Source: an uncultured Methanotrichaceae archaeon
GTDB taxonomy: Archaea > Halobacteriota > Methanosarcinia > Methanotrichales > Methanotrichaceae
Direction: 5' to 3'
DNA length: 28,047 nucleotides
Assembly (NCBI GenBank): GCA_964556405.1
Contig: CAZKWM010000002.1
Location: 1 to 28,047 of the forward strand
Positions 24,238-28,047 of this stretch are shown here, one piece after another. The notes below the pieces were generated by a model that was given only the letters and a program-made list of their open reading frames with translations, had not been told where the DNA came from and did not search any database. How positions within the stretch are numbered: the first letter of the stretch is position 1; the number at the start of each line of letters is the position of its first letter. Both the position numbers and the translations under genes were made by a program.

Positions 24238-25824
24238 ATGAGGGGAGTAGAAGCCCCCATATCGCTTGCTTTCTTAGTTAGCCTAGCTTCGGGAAATCCG
24301 CCACTAAAAGAGCCTATACAATACGAGCAGTTCTACACCGACACCAAAGTGAGCGGCTCAGGGAACGTGGATATGAGCGCCTCGGCGACAGATAAAAGAA
24401 TAGCCCTCGACTACTCCAGCACCCTTTCAGGAAATGGCGATCTGGAGATGGACCAGGAGAAGGTTCTGTCTGAGTCTACAAGGAACCTCCCCAGAAACAT
24501 CAGCTCCATCAAAGAGATCCGCCCCTCCAACCTGAACCTCTTTGAGTGCTCCAAGATAACTTACTCATGCTCAAGTCCCCAGGTAGGGGGAGAAGTTCAT
24601 CCGCTCCAAGGCATTCTATGGGGGCAAAGACGCCTCGATCAAAGAATCCTTCAGCGCCAAGGAGATGGCACAGGAGCGGGAAAGCTACTTCGGCTCCATA
24701 GCCCGCTGCTTCAGGAACCCACATCCTCGGCACCGATACCAAGGGCACCTTCAACGGCACCTGGAGCACGGGCACCATGGGATACAGCCTCTTCTACAAG
24801 GATATAAAGTCCCACCAGAGCTTTACGGGCACCTTCGAGGTGAAAACGGGCATAAAGGTCCACGAGAAAGTGGTCCACTCCTCGGCTCTCCAGTGCTGCA
24901 GGACGCCCTGCAATGCCAGCGTTAGTGAAGGGGATATAGTTGATTATCAGTACAGTGTAACCAACCAGGGTGGAACTGTGGTCTCAGGTATATCCGTGGT
25001 CGACCAAGCCTTAGGTCCTATCACCTTATCCCGAAATGCCCTTAGCCCAGGCGATTCTGACATTGGAAAGGCATCCTACAGGGTGACCTAAGAGTACACC
25101 CTAAGAGGGCTGATGATGGATGTCATTACTGTCAGGTGCTATAATAACTTGAAGGATGATGAGATAGCGCAGTGCTGGTCGGTGCTCACACCCATGGCTT
25201 ATTATTCTGGCAACATCTTCACCGTCCCGTCCTGCCCACCCTGTCCTGATAATAAAATATGCGCCGATGGCAAGGGCTACGCCAGGTGCATAGTAGGGCC
25301 TGATACCTTCGACCTGACTTGAGGAATCCTTACATATCTATGCACTAAAAGTGAACATGACCCAGAGCCGCTTCCCAAGGCCCTCCTGCCCCTACAAAGC
25401 TGGCCGTTGCCCCTGATCTCATCGGTCATAGAGCTTGGGGCCACCAACAGCGCCTTTGCGGGAATGCTCAACCCAGTCAACTCTACCTGGGAAAGCCTGA
25501 CCCAGGAGCAGGGATATTACCTAGCTAATCAGGCTTACAGGGGTGGATCTCTGATTTAGGGATCATCCCTAGCCTGGAAGACGGCCTACGTCGGAAGCAA
25601 TCCTAACGGCGGATTCTGCTGCGCCAGAGATCCTGACTATGACACCTTCGGCATGAAGCTAGTGCTGATGGATATAGGGCCAGGTATGGGGCTTAGGGAT
25701 GAAGCGTATCAGAGGGTCTACAAGTCGTCTGAACCATCGGAGCAGCCGGTTCTAGTGGTTAATCGTGGGGGAAAAGAAAAGCCCCCGCCCCCCCCAGGAC
25801 GTGCCTGAGATGGCTCTGGATTAG
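24238..25824 (+). pseudogene. Large secreted/surface protein with a DUF11/DUF7507-like Ig domain, disrupted
   Basis: Signal-peptide-like start, and GDIVDYQYSVTNQG..VSGISVVD..LGPITL...LSPG..GKASY. It continues through frameshifts (~24570, ~24720) and stops (25089, 25320, ~25556) to a TAG at 25822-25824. Confidence 0.7.
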
Positions 25825-26157
25825 ACGGCCCTTAGGTACTTTATAGCTTAGTGGGAAACCTGAACACATCCATGATGGGAGGAACGATATCATGGTCAAG
25901 AGTAGTGGTAGCGAATTAGGGCCTCTTGGCCTCCGTTTTTCTTCAGGGCTAAAAGCTCTGCCGAGTCAAAACAGGGAAACATCATTCAATCCATACCGCG
26001 ATGCAGTGAGGATTCTTGATAGCTTATAGCCCCTGCGCCGGAGCACAGCACCGGACGAAATCGCCATTAGTTTCCGTCTTATTGGCAATCTGGGCCATCT
26101 CATGCCTATCATAAAATTGAGGCTGCCGGCCATCGCACGGGGTAGGTGCACTTATTC

Positions 26158-26241
26158 ATGCGTGATATCAGTATCTTAACCTTACTACTAGTAGCCCTAG
26201 TAAATCTCCTCTACGCAATGAAGGTTTACACGATCCTGTGA
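26158..26241 (+). CDS. Candidate 27-aa single-TM microprotein
   Basis: MRDISILTLLLVALVNLLYAMKVYTIL; AGGTG lies about 8 nt upstream of the ATG. Confidence 0.35.
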   Translation: MRDISILTLLLVALVNLLYAMKVYTIL

Positions 26242-26298
26242 CGCATCTTACTTAAAACAGAAGGTGCTATCGCGGTAGTTCCGGCTTCTTGAAGCAAT

Positions 26299-26325
26299 AA
26301 AAAAAGAGCTAAGGAAGCTTAGCTC
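26299..26325 (-). terminator. Hairpin plus T7 terminator of the glutamate synthase-domain gene
   Basis: GAGCTAAG-gaag-CTTAGCTC (26306-26325), followed on the minus strand by T7 (26299-26305), 3 nt after the stop. Confidence 0.75.
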
Positions 26326-26328
26326 AAT

Positions 26329-27918
26329 TTAAGCTTCCAGTATCTTCTCAGCCTCAGCCCTGCGTGCGTTCATGACGTAGGGTATGCCCGAGACCTTGGA
26401 GGCCTCCTCGGTCAAGGCCATGGTATCCTCCCTGGAAATGGTTCCCAGGCGGAAGTTTCTGGACCCTGCCATGATCTGCTGAAGACCGGTCTTGAACTTC
26501 TGGCTGTAGGTGTACAGGGCGATGGCACCCATGGGCATGTTCTTGATATCGTTGCCGTACTTGGCCTTGAGATCCTCGTAGGAGACGAAGATCTCCTCGG
26601 GGGTGGAGCCGTACTTGGAGACGGTCCTGGGCAGATCGCCCTTGGCCAGCCACTCCTGTATGTTCTTTCCAACCATGCCGGGTATCATGAGGGCCCTTCC
26701 CATGCAGACGGCCTTGAAGTAGGGGGCGCCCATGGCCAGGACCTTGAAGACTCCGTCCTCAGTGGAGAAGCCGCCAGCCATGGCCAGGTCTGGAACTCTC
26801 ATGCCCTTCTTGGTGAGCTTCTGGGCGAACTCATAGGCCAGGGACTGGAGGTAAAAGGTGGGTATGCCCCACTCGTTCATCATGGGCCAGGGGCTCATGC
26901 CGGTGCCGCCGGGTGCTCCGTCGATGGTCAGGAGGTCGAGCTTGGCCTCGGCTCCGTACCTGAGGGCCATGGCCAGCTCCACCATGGAGTAGGCGCCGGT
27001 CTTCAGAGTGATCCTCTTGAAGCCCAGGTCCCTGAGCCTGTCGATCTCGGCCATGAAGCCGTCCTGGGTGACGAAGCCGAGCCTGGAATGCCTCTCGAAC
27101 TCCTTGATGGCTCCGGACTTGAAGGCGGCCTGGTTCTCGGGCAGGGATGGGTCGGGGGAGACGACGTATCCACGCCTCTGAAGCTCCAGGGCCCTCTCCA
27201 GGGACTTTACCTTGATCTCTCCGCCTATGCACTTGGCACCCTGGCCCCACTTGAGCTCGATGGTATCCAGGTTGTGCTTGGAGGAGACGTATTCAGCAAC
27301 GCCCAGACGGGTATCCTCGACGTTCATCTGGACCAGCATCTCGCCGTAGCCGTTGTAGTATTTCTTATAAGTGTTGATTCTCCGGTCCATCTCTGGAGAG
27401 AGCTGGACCTTGCCCTTGTTATTCAGAACGAGGCCCGGGTCGATTCCACAGACGTTCTCGCCACAGACGAGGGTGATGCCAGAGATGGCGGCACCAGCTG
27501 CGAAATGCTCCCAGTTCTTCCTGGCGATCTCAGTCGAGCCGAGGGCGCCGGTGAAGATGGGCACTTGCATCTTTACCTTCTTGGACCAGCCGTACTCGGT
27601 CTGGGTGTCTACCTTGGGGAAGAGGGCGTTATCGGGGTTGGCCTCCACACCCTCGGGCAGGCCATCGGCACCGACGGCATATCCCTGGATGCTCAAATGG
27701 CTGTAATCAAGGGGGTAGTCCTTGTCGGCTCCTGCGGTGATATCTCCGAAGGGTCCGGGGTAGAGAACCTCCCGGCCCCTGAAGGATGCGAGCCAGGTCT
27801 CACAGTTGCCCTTACATCCGTCGAGACAGTCGGCACAGATCCCAGAGGATGGGACTACGCTCCGGGACCGGTTAGAAGTTCCGGTAGCGGCGTTGGCATT
27901 AGGTGTTCTAAGATTCAT
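26329..27918 (-). CDS. Stand-alone FMN-binding glutamate synthase domain protein
   Basis: ELKWGQGAKCIGGE, TLKTG, TIDGAPGGTG, AGGFSTED and CMGRALM; N-terminal CxxCxxxCxxxC. No glutamine amidotransferase or GXGXG domain is present. Confidence 0.9.
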   Translation of the reverse strand: MNLRTPNANAATGTSNRSRSVVPSSGICADCLDGCKGNCETWLASFRGREVLYPGPFGDITAGADKDYPLDYSHLSIQGYAVGADGLPEGVEANPDNALFPKVDTQTEYGWSKKVKMQVPIFTGALGSTEIARKNWEHFAAGAAISGITLVCGENVCGIDPGLVLNNKGKVQLSPEMDRRINTYKKYYNGYGEMLVQMNVEDTRLGVAEYVSSKHNLDTIELKWGQGAKCIGGEIKVKSLERALELQRRGYVVSPDPSLPENQAAFKSGAIKEFERHSRLGFVTQDGFMAEIDRLRDLGFKRITLKTGAYSMVELAMALRYGAEAKLDLLTIDGAPGGTGMSPWPMMNEWGIPTFYLQSLAYEFAQKLTKKGMRVPDLAMAGGFSTEDGVFKVLAMGAPYFKAVCMGRALMIPGMVGKNIQEWLAKGDLPRTVSKYGSTPEEIFVSYEDLKAKYGNDIKNMPMGAIALYTYSQKFKTGLQQIMAGSRNFRLGTISREDTMALTEEASKVSGIPYVMNARRAEAEKILEA

Positions 27919-27924
27919 TTAGTC

Positions 27925-27948
27925 GCCTCTTTTTGCTTTTTATAATGC
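27925..27948 (-). promoter_or_regulatory. TATA box and RBS of the glutamate synthase-domain gene
   Basis: Minus strand reads CATTATAAAAAG about 20-25 nt upstream of the ATG, and AGAGG 8 nt upstream. Confidence 0.55.
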
Positions 27949-28047
27949 AACGATTTTTATTATCCCTGGCGAAGATCTCCCCTTGGATCTATTTAGGGGC
28001 ATGCCAGCTCCCCTCTAGGGAGGAGGTTATATCTATCAAAGGCGCAA

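Noticed and set aside
6083-25824. Stop-codon recoding (pyrrolysine TAG or an alternative code) explaining broken genes
   Set aside because: In-frame stops are a mix of TAA, TAG and TGA and co-occur with frameshifts and deletions.
25860-26151. Minus-strand 61-aa ORF or decayed gene
   Set aside because: The composition looks coding-like in parts, but no family could be assigned in any frame.
1035-27945. Numerous antisense and alternate-frame ORFs in the track (e.g. 20016-20666, 16882-17499, 27088-27945)
   Set aside because: They are shadows of well-supported GC-rich genes and have no motifs or RBS of their own.

Overview
Chromosomal window from a methanogenic archaeon, most likely Methanothrix-like (inferred from aIF5A, YcaO-TfuA, an archaeal UbiD and ArfC, an FtsZ2-type fragment and the style of the secreted proteins). 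Intact genes: aIF5A, a class I/II aminotransferase, PaaI thioesterase, ycaO-tfuA, UbiD decarboxylase, a DUF169 protein, two USPs, ArfC/RibD-C, an amidohydrolase, a CBS protein, an fdhA-AsrA-like-AsrB-like operon and a stand-alone FMN-binding glutamate synthase domain. Interleaved with these are many wrecked accessory genes: cas4, katE, a gtrA/GT2/GT-C glycosylation cassette, an ftsZ paralogue, a phage-type HTH, an M41-like peptidase, a conserved hypothetical and a large surface protein. The most striking sequence-level observations are four. (1) An exact 96-bp inverted copy of the aminotransferase active-site segment (1885-1980) sits inside the katE pseudogene (6734-6829), with 7- and 10-bp microhomologies at the junctions. 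(2) A lone type I-D-like CRISPR repeat abuts an IS200/IS605 (omega-RNA-type) end at the ftsZ breakpoint. (3) An intact stand-alone protein carries an MCM-like C-terminal winged helix. (4) An intact formate dehydrogenase is paired with sulfhydrogenase/Flx-like NAD(P) modules instead of FdhB. No tRNA, rRNA, CRISPR array or complete transposase was seen. Family assignments are from motif recognition by eye; no database search was run.
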